DNA of 56,220 nucleotides, counting the filler, from Stramenopiles sp. TOSAG23-3 (Eukaryota): assembly GCA_900128585.1 (NCBI GenBank). It is 6 parts of 6 records of this genome, joined end to end, with 100 filler letters (N's around TTAATTAATTAA, not from the genome) between each part and the next. Parts side by side here need not be neighbours in the genome. Positions count along the whole stretch, not along the records: positions 16,874 to 33,628 come from LT642480.1; positions 33,729 to 50,356 come from LT642481.1; 4 more parts are not named here. The stretch is one strand, 5' to 3'. Both the position numbers and the translations under genes were made by a program. The notes below the pieces were generated by a model. It was given only the letters and a program-made list of their open reading frames with translations, was not told the origin of the DNA and did no database searches. This document shows positions 21,519 to 34,263 of this stretch, piece by piece; the first letter of the stretch is position 1, and each line of letters opens with the position of its first letter.

Positions 21519-23059
21519 GATTATGCTCTGAAAGATTATTCCAAAGGTAAGAGGTACTATTGTTCAAAGTTTATTTGGTTTTTTAAAATGTCAGTCGCAG
21601 ACTGGGACTATTCCTCATGCTATCATTGCCGAATTTATTTCAGTTAGTACCTCTGAACCGAGGTCGTTAAATGGCAGAAAAGGGGGACAAAAAGAGCAAC
21701 AAAGAAGTGATGAAAAAATCATCATGTATCATCTTGTCACTTCATGTGTTGTTGGGATTTAATTTCTTTCTTGAAGAGGAGCCCCTTGGGGCTACCGGTA
21801 AGGTTCCGCGACGAGGAATTGTGACGTTTTGACCAAGTATTATGTACTACTGTAGGTCAGGTCCCTCACGCCATTAATTTCGAATTCCTTAGTATGAGTA
21901 ATTTGATAGATTGACATCTCTTGCCCTTTTTGCGACCGGCCTCATTTTACTGATATCACCTTAAGAATGGTCAACACTGTACTTATGTCATACAAATGCA
22001 TATGCATTTTGTTGCACCCGTACCCTAATTTTGAAATAATACTGTTCTCTTTAATGGTATTTCCATGTTAGCTCTCAAATAATATTATTTACGCAACAAT
22101 TTTAAAACAGCAAACATCTCATAGTATTCAGATGTAATAATTTCATCAACGAACAAAAATGTACTTATAATTTTACGAAAATAGAATTTATTGACAGACA
22201 AAAATAATAGAGTATTTGACACAGCATGCTTCACAATGCTGTGTCCATTCGCCTGATCACACCCACTCAGGCAATCATATATTAATGATTATTGGTTTAT
22301 GGGTCAGAGGGAATATCTTCTTCTAAAATACTGCGAATGTTTCTAACCAAATGTTTTACATAGCCGACGACGCGACGCGAATATTATTATTTTATGGCAT
22401 GGGGAAATCCTTTTGTAATGCGAGCTGTCCCACCTCCGATTAACAAATTTAAGGAAGTGATATAAAAATACGCCTATGTAAAAACGTATTGTAAAGTATG
22501 ATAATGGTGTGACCCTTCGGAGCCATTCTATCGACAATTAGGTATTGTTGTAAATTATAGAAAAATTATACGAAAACCTTACTTTTGGTACCAAAAATCG
22601 GGTGGGACAATTCGCAAATCAATATGATCCCCCAAAATTTTAGGTACGGACTGTATCCACCACCATAATTTCCACTTTTCCAGAAATATTCCTTTCAAAA
22701 TTAAATGATATAAATACCTTATTTTAAAAGTGTGGCAAAAATCCTATGTGTCTCGATACTGCATAAAGTTATATTGTACATTCTTGAAAATAAAAAAATC
22801 GACACCATACCGGAGTCCAGTTAAGGAAGAAAGTTTAAATGCCCCGAATTCTATCATAATAAAAATGATGATAGTAATGGGATGATTGAATCAAAATCAT
22901 CTGCCTTCGTTTTCGATGTACTTTTTCATCATTTACGAGGACTGCACTTTGGATGTAATAGGTGTTCCTCTACGGAAATAAATGTTATTCGAAAGGTATT
23001 TGTACGTTTCGCGGCAATCTCAATAATACAGCGTAGTTTTAGTAAGGACACTTGCAATA

Positions 23060-24022
23060 ATGCCGCGCCGTGGACGAAGGAGGAAAAAAACCCGCACTCA
23101 CGAAACCGATGCCGCTACGGCTGTTGCCCAATGCCCGAAGTCCTTTGTTGTCAAGCACGGGAAAGTAGGGGGGAACGTTTCTCAATTAGTTCAGGATATG
23201 CGATCTGTGATGCGACCTTACACAGCAACAAAACTCAAGGAGAGGAAGCGTGCTGCTGTAAAGGATTACGTTGCTGTTGCTGGCCTCTTTGGTGTTACCC
23301 ACCTACTACTCTTTTCGAACCCAGAAACGTGTGTGAAACTTCGGGTTGCTCGCTTGCGAAATGGGCCAACTATCCACTTTCGTGTTCTAAGTTATACGTT
23401 AGCCGCATCAATCAGAAAATCTCAACAGTATCCGTTCGATGTTTCTGCTTCGCTAAGGTCTCCTCCAATATTAATTATAAATAATTTTGAAGACAAAGCG
23501 CCACATCTGAAACTCGTTGTATTAATGTTTCAGAAGTTGTTTCCGCCTATTAACGTGCAAACGGTTAACTTGCGGGAGTGCAGACGAGTTGTTTTGTTGC
23601 ATTATGACCAGGATCAGGACGTAATCCATCTTCGGCACTACTGCATACGATTAGGTAATCACGGAACCAACAACATCCTAACATCTATACTTAAAACCCG
23701 CTTACCAAATGTATCAACAGCCACTGATATCAGTGACATCATTCTTGGCCGGAGCGAAACTGAAGGGCATGCCTCAGATGACGACCAGAGTTCTACTGAG
23801 ACCACCAATCCTTTGACAGAACCAAAAATAAAGGAAATCGATAGACCTAACGTGAATGCCATAAAGCTGTGTGAAATTGGCCCTCGCATGACATTGAGAC
23901 CCACAAAGGTAGAAAGTGGATTTGGGAATGGTGAAATACTATACCAATCTCTCATGCAAGGAAAATCAAGAAATGTACGAAGTTATGCAGGGCAAAAGAA
24001 AAGAAAACGAAAGGATACTTAA
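23060..24022 (+). CDS. PPAN: Peter Pan / Ssf1 Brix-domain ribosome biogenesis protein
   Basis: PKSFVVKHG, DMRSVMRPYTATKLKERK, GVTHLLLFS, GPTIHF, FQKLFPPINV, CRRVVLLHY, LRHYCI, AIKLCEIGPRMTL. Confidence 0.92.
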   Translation: MPRRGRRRKKTRTHETDAATAVAQCPKSFVVKHGKVGGNVSQLVQDMRSVMRPYTATKLKERKRAAVKDYVAVAGLFGVTHLLLFSNPETCVKLRVARLRNGPTIHFRVLSYTLAASIRKSQQYPFDVSASLRSPPILIINNFEDKAPHLKLVVLMFQKLFPPINVQTVNLRECRRVVLLHYDQDQDVIHLRHYCIRLGNHGTNNILTSILKTRLPNVSTATDISDIILGRSETEGHASDDDQSSTETTNPLTEPKIKEIDRPNVNAIKLCEIGPRMTLRPTKVESGFGNGEILYQSLMQGKSRNVRSYAGQKKRKRKDT

Positions 24023-27000
24023 TAAAATGCATGAACTAAGCTCTTAAGAAACCAAAAAGAGGACTGTGATTGAAGTAATTATGTGCTAAGCTCTTAATGA
24101 AAATGATGGCTGTTATTGTGATTTACCCGCAGGGGTCTCCAAAATTTCAGGGACTTTGATAATCTATCACCCGCAACATCGCAAAAGTCGAAGTCGAACA
24201 GATCCAGGCAATCAAAAAACAAATATAGCCGCTGTTTAAACTTTGGTAATAATGAGCAACTCATTCTCCAAGTAACTCTGATGGTTCCGAAGAAGAGATT
24301 TACTCGCAGGAGTCTCCAAAGAGGGGCAAAACTGTCAGGGACTTTGACTGGGAGAATAATCGATTTGTTGGGTACAGATCACCTCTATACAAGGGGGAAA
24401 AAAACATTATATTTACTTGCAAAACAATCTTAGATTTCGAAGAATCAATGACTGATATTAAGTGAGCACGTCTTAATGCATACGAAGTGTACTAAGTTTT
24501 TTTTTAACAAAAAATTGGCAGTTATTTAAGCGTAGAGTGTTAAAATTTTATATCGTCTTCACAATACTGCGACTTGCCTCTGCTCCTGTGGGGATTTTAC
24601 TCATCAATAATTACCCTTGTCACTCTTAGTCTTGGCCATCATTCTCATTGTATACTCCATGCATGATCCGAATCTGTAAATTGTGTCGATTTGCGTCGAT
24701 GTCAAAAGACCCATAGTCAGCTTCCTCATCCGATGTTTCACTCGTAAATGAATCAGTCCTTGTGTGATTTTCCAAGCAGCGGTGTGAATGTTTTAAGGGT
24801 GCTCGTTGTCTGTTTTGTAAACCAGTCAGGGAATTGGCATTTGTGAGTTGAGGTGTCGGCAGAGGGTCGTTTGAGTCGGTGTGCGTAAACTGCGTTTGTG
24901 GGTTCTGTTGCGAATGTTGAAGATTTAAGTAATTAAAAGTTATGCTCCTCATGTACCACGAAAATGAATCTGCTCCGTTTTTCCGTTAAAGGTTTGCGTT
25001 CCTTCATGTACTGCGAACTTATCTCTGCGTCTGTAATTTTACTGAACAATAAATCCTTGTCACTTAGTCTTGACTACCATTCCCTGATATACTCAATGCA
25101 TGATCCGAATCGGTGTTTAGATTTGCGACGATGTCAAATTACCCGTAGTCAACTTCCTCATCCGATGCCTCACTCATAGATGAAACAATCCCTGTGTGAT
25201 TTTCCAAGCAGCGGCGTGGATGTTTTAGAGGTGCTTAGTTCTCACTAAGCTCTTAAATTAAAAACAAGAAATTGGCTGTTATTTTTTTAAAAAACTAAAT
25301 CAGTTTCTCTAAATTATAAGTGTAAACGTTTCCATTTTATTTAAACAAACAATAGTGTAGACGATAAGAGTAAATTGATCAAGAAAAACACAGGAGAACA
25401 AATAAATTGCAGTACATGAAAGAAGTAAAACTTTACTGGACTTAAATTTAAGATACCTAATTAACTGTCATTATTTTGTTTTTTAGTCAATAAAAACAAA
25501 TGACATTTCATAGAAGGATGGATTGGGCATTTCAAAAGGGTAAACAGCCATTATTTTGTTTTAAACTTTAAAATAATGCTGCTTAGAAGAAAATTATTAA
25601 TTTTCGATGGATGTTCACAAAAAAAAGCAAACAAGCAAACAACACAAAGAGCGAAATAATAGAAACTCGAGACGGAAGAAGAAAAGAAAATGGACAAGGA
25701 AAAAAATAATCTAGGTTTACGATCAACTGATTTATGATATTCGTATCATTCATGGAGTACACCAGAGAAGGATAGTCCAGACTAAGCGACAAGAATAAAT
25801 TGATTAAGAAAATCACAGGAGCAGAGATAAGTTCGCAGTACATGAACGAAGCAAACCTTTAAAGAGCAGAATGAGCAGGTTCACATTCGCGGTACATGAA
25901 AAAGATAAAAATTGAATTGTGATACTTAATAACAGCCAAAGATAAATTTTAATTACTAAATAAAAGCCATTATTTTGTTTTAGTTGTGAATAATACGAAG
26001 ATTAAGGGATGTTTTTGACTGTAATATATTATTATTACTCATTTATATAATGTAATGTCTGAAACTTCGATTCTCTCTCGTCTCTCTTCTTTTTGAAGCT
26101 TTTCTTTTAGCACGCATCCTCGCAAGTGGGTTTGGTCGGTTCCTTCGACCCTGCGTGAGTCTATATTACTACAGAGAGTTGTTGTTGCATCTCGTAGTCG
26201 TCATCTAAAGCGTCGTCGTCGCGGTCGTCTGAAATCAGCATCTCTATGCTGTGCGGCTGCTACGAACTAAAAGATGTTTTATATTATTTTCTTTTTCTTC
26301 TTGCTCTGTCCTTCTGAACGTGCTGAACGCATCGACTACTTCTTGTAGCCGGAAGTCGAGATGTACGGTCTCGCACTGGTACTTCGTGTTGATTTCGGTA
26401 AAGTTTCTTTTTATCGGAATCGTTCAAGTGGACTTCTGTTTAATTTTAGCTTTGCTTTTTGCCGGACGATTTTTTTTCTTCCTGAATTGGGGACGCGATG
26501 GCGTGGGCGAAACTATCTACATTCGGTAGGTTTCTTTCTAATTACCCAATTGTGTACAATACGGTGACCGTTTGCTGCGGTTTTGATGGCCGCTGGTGAT
26601 TGTTTTAAATACCGGTAGCTTGTCTTTGGTTTTGCTATTTCGATATTAGAATTGGATCAGCTTTATGCCAAATTTCCCTTAACCATATGGTTAAAATACA
26701 ATAGTTTTTAATTAACTTAAATGAAATTGGAGCAGATTCACATTCGCGGTACATGAAAGATCAATTTTCATTCCTTATTAAATAGCCATTATTGTGTTCC
26801 TTGAAATAACAGCCATTGTTTTCTTTTTAAATTCTCGACTTACTCTTATCATTTTAGTCTACACCATTATCCTCTAGTGCACTTCATGCCTTTATCAGTA
26901 GCCATATAACACTTTAGAAATATATAATATATAGGAACGTAAACATTTACTCCTTGTGTCCATTATAGTCGTAAACATTACCATGAATGTCAATTCCTTG

Positions 27001-27303
27001 TCTGATTACAAGGCTGAAAACGAACACATCTAAAACATTCACGCCACTGCTTGGAAAATCACACAAGAACTGATTCATCTATGAGCGAGACACCGGATGA
27101 GGAAGTTGACTACGGTTCATTTAATATCACAAATCCAAATATCCAATCGGACTATGAGTGGAGTACATCAGAGAATGATAGTCTAAGATTAAGTGACAAG
27201 GGTATATTGATTAGTAAAATCATAGGATCAGAAAAAAGTTCAACATATTTATATAAAAAACATAAGTTTATGATATTATTACAACGCGGAAGCGCTTGAC
27301 ATC

Positions 27304-28155
27304 TTGCGACACCTGAACCCTGCCCGCGATGGCGCCCCAAAAATAGCTCTGCTCGGAATGAGTCTCAGCGGAGCCTTTTCAGAGGGGGCCCAAGCCCTCC
27401 TTACCCGCCTCGCGGAAATAAAATTCCTCGCCCCTATCACCGCTGGTAGCCTCAGTTACATAGCAGCACGCCAGAGGTGGATGGACTGGCAGATGCGAAT
27501 CTTCAAGCGGAACACATTTAATGTGGTCGCCAAGTCTATAGCACCAGGGATCCGGGTCTTCCATGCCTATGTCCCAACAGCCCTGCCAATGGACTATGCC
27601 GAGGAAGCAACCGACACCGCGCCCCTTATCAGGCACTCCCAAAGCCTGGCCTTGGACAGCTCGGACTCGGAGTCTGAAATAGAACCGCAACCCTCGGGGG
27701 ACGAGCATCCCTGTAGAGATGACTCCAGTAGTGCCCCGACTCTAATAGTGTCATCCCCAGGTGATGACACGGAAGTTCAATCGTCAACACAATCAAACAG
27801 TGAGCAATCCACGAGATCTCAATTAGCCCGCCGCAGAATCACAACCACTGCAATGCATACCGAATCCTCAACATCGCAACGTAACTCACAAATGCCGATT
27901 ATGCACACCGACCCAAACGACCCTCTCCCGACACCTCAACTCACAAATGGCAATTCCCTGACTGGTTCACAAGACAGACAACGAGCACCTTCAAAACATT
28001 CACGCCGCTGCTTGGTAAACCACACAAGGAATGGTTCATTTATGAGTGAGATATTGGATGAGGAAGTTGATTATGGGTCTTATGGCGTTGACGCGTTTTC
28101 ACTCACCGATTCGGATCATGCATGGAGTACATATGAAAATGATAGTCAAGACTAA
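27304..28155 (+). pseudogene. C-terminal coding remnant of the repeat family: RLE tail plus Ser/Thr-rich extension, followed by the conserved 3' terminus
   Basis: RHLNPARDGAPKIALLGMSLSGAFSEGAQ...LSYIAARQRWMDW aligns with KRLNHTREGEPKVTPFGVNIYGVLSKDAH...LSYLSARQQWIDW at about 17385-17535. Terminus AAATAACAGCCAATTTTCTTG at about 28236-28256. Confidence 0.55.
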
Positions 28156-28852
28156 GTAACAAGGATATATTGATTACCAAAATCCCACCAGTAGAGTTCA
28201 GTTTGCAGTACATAAATTTTAATTACTGAAAAAAAAAATAACAGCCAATTTTCTTGAGTGAGAACCTGAACCTCGTGGCCAAAACTAAAAACAAGTGTTT
28301 AACTATCATTAATTGTAATAAAAAGTCCTGTAGATTGGAATTGAAAGAAGACTATGTGTCAGATTATATATGACATTATATGAAAAAAACAAATTATATA
28401 GTATGTCTTATGTTTTAATACGATAAAAAAAGAAGGTAAAACCGTTCAAGAGCCCAAACTCCTCCTTGTTCCAGAATACGAAAAAATATTCTGACATGCC
28501 AAACTATCATAAGATCGTTTGAGACAGTGGCTGTTATTGTTTTGTAGATGCCTGGATCTGCCCCAAAACCTATTCTGATAGTCTTGGCATAAGGTGACCT
28601 GGTCGGATGCTCGCGTCAAACTATCAGAAGATTGTTTGAGACAGCGGCTATTATTGTTTTGATATTATATGATATCATATATATGTAAACCTTTAATGGA
28701 CAAAAGGAGCAGATTCATTTTCGCGGTACATGAGTAAGCTAAATTTTAATTACTTCACAATAAATCAAGTAAATTGGCCGATATTGAAGTAATTAAAATT
28801 TATGTACTGCGAACTACATACTGAAATAACAGCCAATTTTTTGTTTTTTATC

Positions 28853-28978
28853 CCAAGTGATTCATGTCGCATTTTAAAATTATTTTGGAAACCAACCCTT
28901 TTATTCGTCTTGTATTCTAATGTGTTTTGGTTGGGTTGGTTTCCAAAATAATTTTAAAATGCGACATGAATCACTTGG
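28853..28978. repeat. Perfect 46-bp inverted repeat with 34-nt loop
   Basis: CCAAGTGATTCATGTCGCATTTTAAAATTATTTTGGAAACCAACCC (28853-28898) is the exact reverse complement of 28933-28978. Confidence 0.95.
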
Positions 28979-29618
28979 ATTAGAAATATATTTTAAATAA
29001 CAGCGATTCGGATCATGCATGGACACACATGAGAATGATTAATCAAGATTGAAGTTACAAGGGTAATTTATTGATTACAAAACCAAGTTAGAATTAGGGT
29101 ATGAGAATTTATTGATTAGTAAAATCTCAGGGGCAGAGAATATAACTTCGCAATAATAATAATAAAAACAAGAAAATTGGCTGTTATTTAAGTAATTAAA
29201 ATTAATGTACTGCGAACTGAAATCTAGATTTTAAAAAAACACAACTTACATAGTATTTTAAATAACAGCCAATTTTTCGGTTTTTAAATAACAGCCCATT
29301 ATTTTGTTTTCGTCATAATATCGTCATGATAACAGCAAGTGGCATCTTGACCAGAACTTGGGAAATTATCTTAAAGATCAAACTCATTACCGATCATTCC
29401 TTGATACAATAGAAAAGGAGCCCCCTTAAAACATATATTCCGCTGTGTATGAACCAACTTTGGAATCTTGACCAGAAATTGGGAAGGATTTGCAATAGGA
29501 GGAGATATTGTTCTTATAAAATACCAGCCAGTATTTTGTTTTTAAAAAACAGCCAAAACATATTCTCGGATATTTTGTTCTGATCTTAAACTTAAACATT
29601 GTAATTGAATTCCAGTTT

Positions 29619-31679
29619 TTATAAACCATCCCCAAATACTTGATATGCCCCCGATTGTTTTCTATCCTCATCGAATTTAACTTGCATGACTTGCGCACCT
29701 TGAGAAAATATTTGTAAAGACTCAACGCCCCTTTTGCAACTATTAGAGCTGCTAAAACCATAACGTTGAGTGGAGCATCTCAGGGGCCAAATGATATCAT
29801 TTTCACACGCGGGTCCATCGAATCCCGGTTCACACATGCAGACACCCCGAATGCAATCACCTCTACCACCACAATCCTGAGGACACCGTGGCTCAGAGCA
29901 GTCAATTCCTGTGTACAGCTTATCACAGGCACATGCGCCCTCTATACATTTACCACGCCCAGAGCAAAAGTTATAGCACGAAGCTGCCCACGAACAGTCA
30001 TCACCAGTATATGCAGGTTCACATTGACACTCTGCCATTACGCAACGCCCGTGACCACTGCAGCCCATTGGGCATTGGTTCATAATGCCGCAATCTAGAC
30101 CGGTAAACCCTGCATCACAGACACAAGTGCCATTAGTACATTCTCCATGTCCAGAACATGAATTCGGACACAACTTTGTGTTACACATGGTACCACTCCA
30201 ACCTTCGTGGCATGTGCACTTTCCCTCTCCTGTGCATGTGCCATGGCCCATGCAATCTCCAGGGCATTTACGCATCTCACAAGATGCGCCTGTCCACAAG
30301 CCTTCGCAAACACATTTCCATGCAGGTTCGTGTGCTGCATCCCACTCTGCTCGCTTCACAATATCGATTGCTTTATCTACAGCGCTTTTCATACTTTCAG
30401 CTGTGTAAAGCCCAGCAGAATAATTTTTGCCAGTCCCACTGTATCTTGCTAATTCATTTTTAGCAGCAACGCCACTCTTTAAAAATGAAGATGGAAACAC
30501 TGGCGCTTTCCATCCTGGCGTATTTTGCATAATAGTTCGCTGGCAGCGACCACGAGGTGCATTGCATGGACTCAGTATCCCCGGACACACTTGGGTTTCA
30601 CATTCTTTCCCATCATAGCCTTGGTCGCATTTGCATACATGTTGATCGAAGCCACCGTTGGAGAGGACTACCACACACATGCCATGATCACTGCAGCGCA
30701 AGTTACAAACTTCAAATGGAGCATAAGAAATCACAAAGGCTGTCTTTCCAACTATTCTTGCATCGTGTGGAGGCGGAGATTTCACTGAACTTGACACTTG
30801 GTGGTTCATTGTTTTCGTACCAAACCCTTCATCGAACCGAAGAGCTAATAACAAGCTTTCTTCTGACCCTGAAAGGCGCCCCGCGGAATGATGCGATAGT
30901 TCGGTTGGAGACAGGGCGCGACTAAAAAGTCTGAACTCATCGATAATTCCTTCGAAGTCAACACCGATTTTTGACGCTCCGCAAGCAATCTCGTTTGTGC
31001 TACTGGAGTCTAGTGAATACCCTAATGTCTGCACCCACTTTCCGTTCAAATACAGAGAGGTGCTTCCTGTACCAGTTCGACCCGCATGTCTCATACTGTA
31101 CGTGATACTCACATGATACCATTTCCGTGGAACAAGGTTGCTATCTTGTCCATCAAATACAACGGTTTCAGGTAGATTTTTTTTCACGGAGAAGGAGAGG
31201 CGGCCGTTTGAAACCACGGATACAGATACCTTGTCTCCAGCGGAGAAGATCTGCATGGGCCTGTCTCCCGTGCTTGGGGACTTTGCTGTGCGAACCCAAG
31301 CTTCCATCGTAAATGATTTGTAAGCTCCTAACGGTGGAACATCAATGTATCCACTGTTGCTGTGAAAGGCCATTGCATAACCTTGGAAATGTTTTGTCTG
31401 GCACCCGGCACCTACGAAACCAGTGAGACACAAACACTGCCCACCAACGCATTTTCCGTTTCCACTGCAACCCAATGGACAGTTTCCTGGCACAATTTCT
31501 TTTGGCTCACTTGTCATGTTGATTGCAGGCCCCCCCAATAAATCAGAAGTTACAAATGAATCCCATTGCAACACCTCTCTTGCTCGGCGCGATAACGTGT
31601 GCATCCGAGAGGTAGCTTCAGAAGCTGTCGACAAGAACAAACTTGCAACCACGAAGGTCGCAATTATTATAGTCTTCAT
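29619..31679 (-). CDS. Secreted protein with a LamG/concanavalin-like domain and tenascin-type EGF repeats
   Basis: Signal peptide MKTIIIATFVVASLFLSTASEA. LamG motifs FTMEAWV, WYHVSITY, LYLNG, FEGIIDEFRLFSRALS. Repeated CPxxCSGHGxCxxGxCxCxxGxxGxDC. Confidence 0.88.
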   Translation of the reverse strand: MKTIIIATFVVASLFLSTASEATSRMHTLSRRAREVLQWDSFVTSDLLGGPAINMTSEPKEIVPGNCPLGCSGNGKCVGGQCLCLTGFVGAGCQTKHFQGYAMAFHSNSGYIDVPPLGAYKSFTMEAWVRTAKSPSTGDRPMQIFSAGDKVSVSVVSNGRLSFSVKKNLPETVVFDGQDSNLVPRKWYHVSITYSMRHAGRTGTGSTSLYLNGKWVQTLGYSLDSSSTNEIACGASKIGVDFEGIIDEFRLFSRALSPTELSHHSAGRLSGSEESLLLALRFDEGFGTKTMNHQVSSSVKSPPPHDARIVGKTAFVISYAPFEVCNLRCSDHGMCVVVLSNGGFDQHVCKCDQGYDGKECETQVCPGILSPCNAPRGRCQRTIMQNTPGWKAPVFPSSFLKSGVAAKNELARYSGTGKNYSAGLYTAESMKSAVDKAIDIVKRAEWDAAHEPAWKCVCEGLWTGASCEMRKCPGDCMGHGTCTGEGKCTCHEGWSGTMCNTKLCPNSCSGHGECTNGTCVCDAGFTGLDCGIMNQCPMGCSGHGRCVMAECQCEPAYTGDDCSWAASCYNFCSGRGKCIEGACACDKLYTGIDCSEPRCPQDCGGRGDCIRGVCMCEPGFDGPACENDIIWPLRCSTQRYGFSSSNSCKRGVESLQIFSQGAQVMQVKFDEDRKQSGAYQVFGDGL

Positions 31680-33201
31680 TTTCTTGTTTGGTAGTTACTT
31701 TTGGGTGTATCTGATAGAATTGTCTTGTGGAATAATTACTTTTGTGTTGGATGGTAAACGTTTGATATGGTTGTGACCGCGGAGTAGTACACGGGCTAGG
31801 TTGAACTAGCTCCAGTAAAAATGAGTGCGAAACTAAATATTTATTTGTTCTTACTTACTATCACAAAAAAGACCACCCCCCCCCCTCATGATCCTCTTCC
31901 GTTGCTCAATTTTTATCGTGCGTTCCTCAATCTCAAATAGATATCATTTATAATATTAAGTACCAATATTTGTACTATGAAATAAATATAATTTATTACT
32001 AAAATATATACAGATAAATATTGTACGATAAGATATTTCATTATTCAATTTAAGGTCATATAATTCAGAAAGAAACCAGATATGAATAATATTCAATTAA
32101 GGAATTGATTTTTAACATTTTGTTCTCCGTTTGCTTTTCCACTTCATGCAACTGCCGCTAGCGTCCGGCTATCAGAGCAAGGATCAAATAGAGGGGCCTG
32201 CTCGATAGTAGCTGAAGACAAATCCCTGAAATAACAGATATGACTTTGGTATACAAATCGCAGGTTTTTCTCTCCCATTTGATAGACAATCAAAAAATAA
32301 AATAATAGAAATAATTTAATTAGAACAACTAAGATTTCTTACATTTAACAACTAAGAAAATTCCTATGAAAGTTGGGCTTTGATTAGGCAGAAAACCGGG
32401 CGTGATTTGTTTAGCTATATTACGGAAAATCCTATGAAGTTGCATTTTTCTACTTTCTAGCACCTTTATTATATAAGGTTCTATAGTATTACTATATTAG
32501 ACGCCTCTTACAACAAAAGTTGTACAACGATTTTTCGCCTGAAGGCACCAATATTAATCCCTATGAATAATTAATATTCTTTTACGTAGTTAAACTATAG
32601 TTGAATAGACCCCACTTATATGAGAACAGCAGGTATCATATTTACATTCAATACCATTGAACATTTTGTTGTACCAGTTGTATGGCTAGAGATATCTATT
32701 TATATAGTAGCTTATAATATTCAATAGCTACTAAGTAACATGCAACTTAAGTAGAAAAAACAATAATTTTTATTTAAGTTAAAATAGAATGGGGAGAGAA
32801 AAACACGTTATTTTTTCTTATCTAAGAAAAAGACTTTTATAATTTTGATAAAGAAAGCCCTAATGAGTAAAATCCTATAATATAAGAAGAAGAAAAAAAT
32901 CCTGCTTTCCTCCATTCGTAAGAAAAAACAAGAAAATCAGGTTGTTCTCTTATAGTCTAATTGGGAATTTACCTATTACTTACTATAAACACTCTTATAA
33001 CTAATGCTGTGTCCCTGATATTTTGTAATCAAAGCCCCATAAAACCCTTAACTTTCCTTCCTTTTACACCATATTACAGCATAAAGCAACGCATATTATT
33101 GAAATCTACTGAAACGTCAACAAAAAACAACCGAATAACAAACCATCGCCATCGCCATCGCCGCCGCCAAGACTCGTATCGCCCGCCTCCTGACTGATAA
33201 A

Positions 33202-33628
33202 ATGGAAGAGGTTTTACAAATCGATGGTGTGGAACTGACCACTGAAGCGGAAAAAACATCGACAAAGGATGATGCAAAGGCGAAGTGGGAAAACGTAAAA
33301 CGACTTACAATTAATGGAGTTTTAAAAACCAAGGAGGAGTCCTATAAACTTACAAAAATGTATGGAGGAGAAGATGGTGTATTGGATTATCTTGAGATAA
33401 CCATGATTAAGTACGATACAGATCATAATGGCACATTTGATATTTCTGAAGTTAAATCGATTCTGTTTGATATGGATAAAAAAACAAAAGAGGCAAACTC
33501 ACTTCGTAAAAAATTACACCTTGTTGTATTAGCCAGTGTTATTGTTATTAGTCTGTTACTTGGTTTGATGCTTGGAGCTAATGAAGTGACGAAAGAAAAT
33601 CATACAAAAGGTGGCAACCTTGTGGATA
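33202..33628 (+). CDS. EF-hand plus single-TM protein, 3'-truncated at the contig edge
   Basis: EF loop DTDHNGTFDISE, then hydrophobic LHLVVLASVIVISLLLGLMLGA and NEVTKE. Confidence 0.65.
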
Positions 33629-33728
33629 NNNNNNNNNNNNNNNNNNNNNNNNNNNNNNNNNNNNNNNNNNNNTTAATTAATTAANNNNNNNNNNNNNNNN
33701 NNNNNNNNNNNNNNNNNNNNNNNNNNNN
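33629..33728. other. Artificial contig linker
   Basis: N44-TTAATTAATTAA-N44. Confidence 0.97.
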
Positions 33729-34263
33729 GTGACGTGTCCAGGTAATTTTTTTCGGTAATTTTTACTGTTGACTTTCGTTATTTAAAACGAAGTATTCTTT
33801 CTATATAAGTCTTTTGTGCCATTGAATCATCGATCAAATCATGAAAAGTTATGACACTTATACCTGTGTATATATTTTTTATAACTACCCATCCATCCAA
33901 GGTAAAAATATACAATATGTGATTGATGATGATAGATAATAATATCTTAAATAAAAAAAGCACTTCTTCTTCTTCTTTATTTTTTTAGTAAAAAACAAAA
34001 ATAGGGAGATGTATTAACATAGACATATAATAGACAGACGCCATATTAATATTTTTTTATTTTCATTCAAGTTTTTGTTTTTGACTATATCTTCTCCTAC
34101 ATCCCCTACACACTTCGTAATAAAAATGGAGGAAATTCTGAATTTATTTAACGGTAATTGTGATTGATCGAAATATATGAGATCATCGTTCCTCCTTTTT
34201 TCAACATTACTCTATTGTATACTTATTTGAATACATAGTATACAATATTATCACCCTATTTAC

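Larger units (their letters stand above)
24100..29545. mobile_element. About 5.4-kb graveyard of nested, 5'-truncated retroelement-like repeat copies in both orientations
   Basis: Mutually homologous segments at about 24560-24920(-), 24925-25235(-), 25750-25980(+), 27030-27245(+), 27304-28256(+) and 29005-29150(+). Shared translated motif LENHTRTDS..SET.DEE.DYGS and shared 3' sequence. 24197-24234 matches 18660-18697. Confidence 0.7.

Noticed and set aside
26100..26660. Coding-like minus-strand stretch within the repeat graveyard
   Set aside because: Interrupted by stops, and I could not assign any family; possibly a relic but unsupported.
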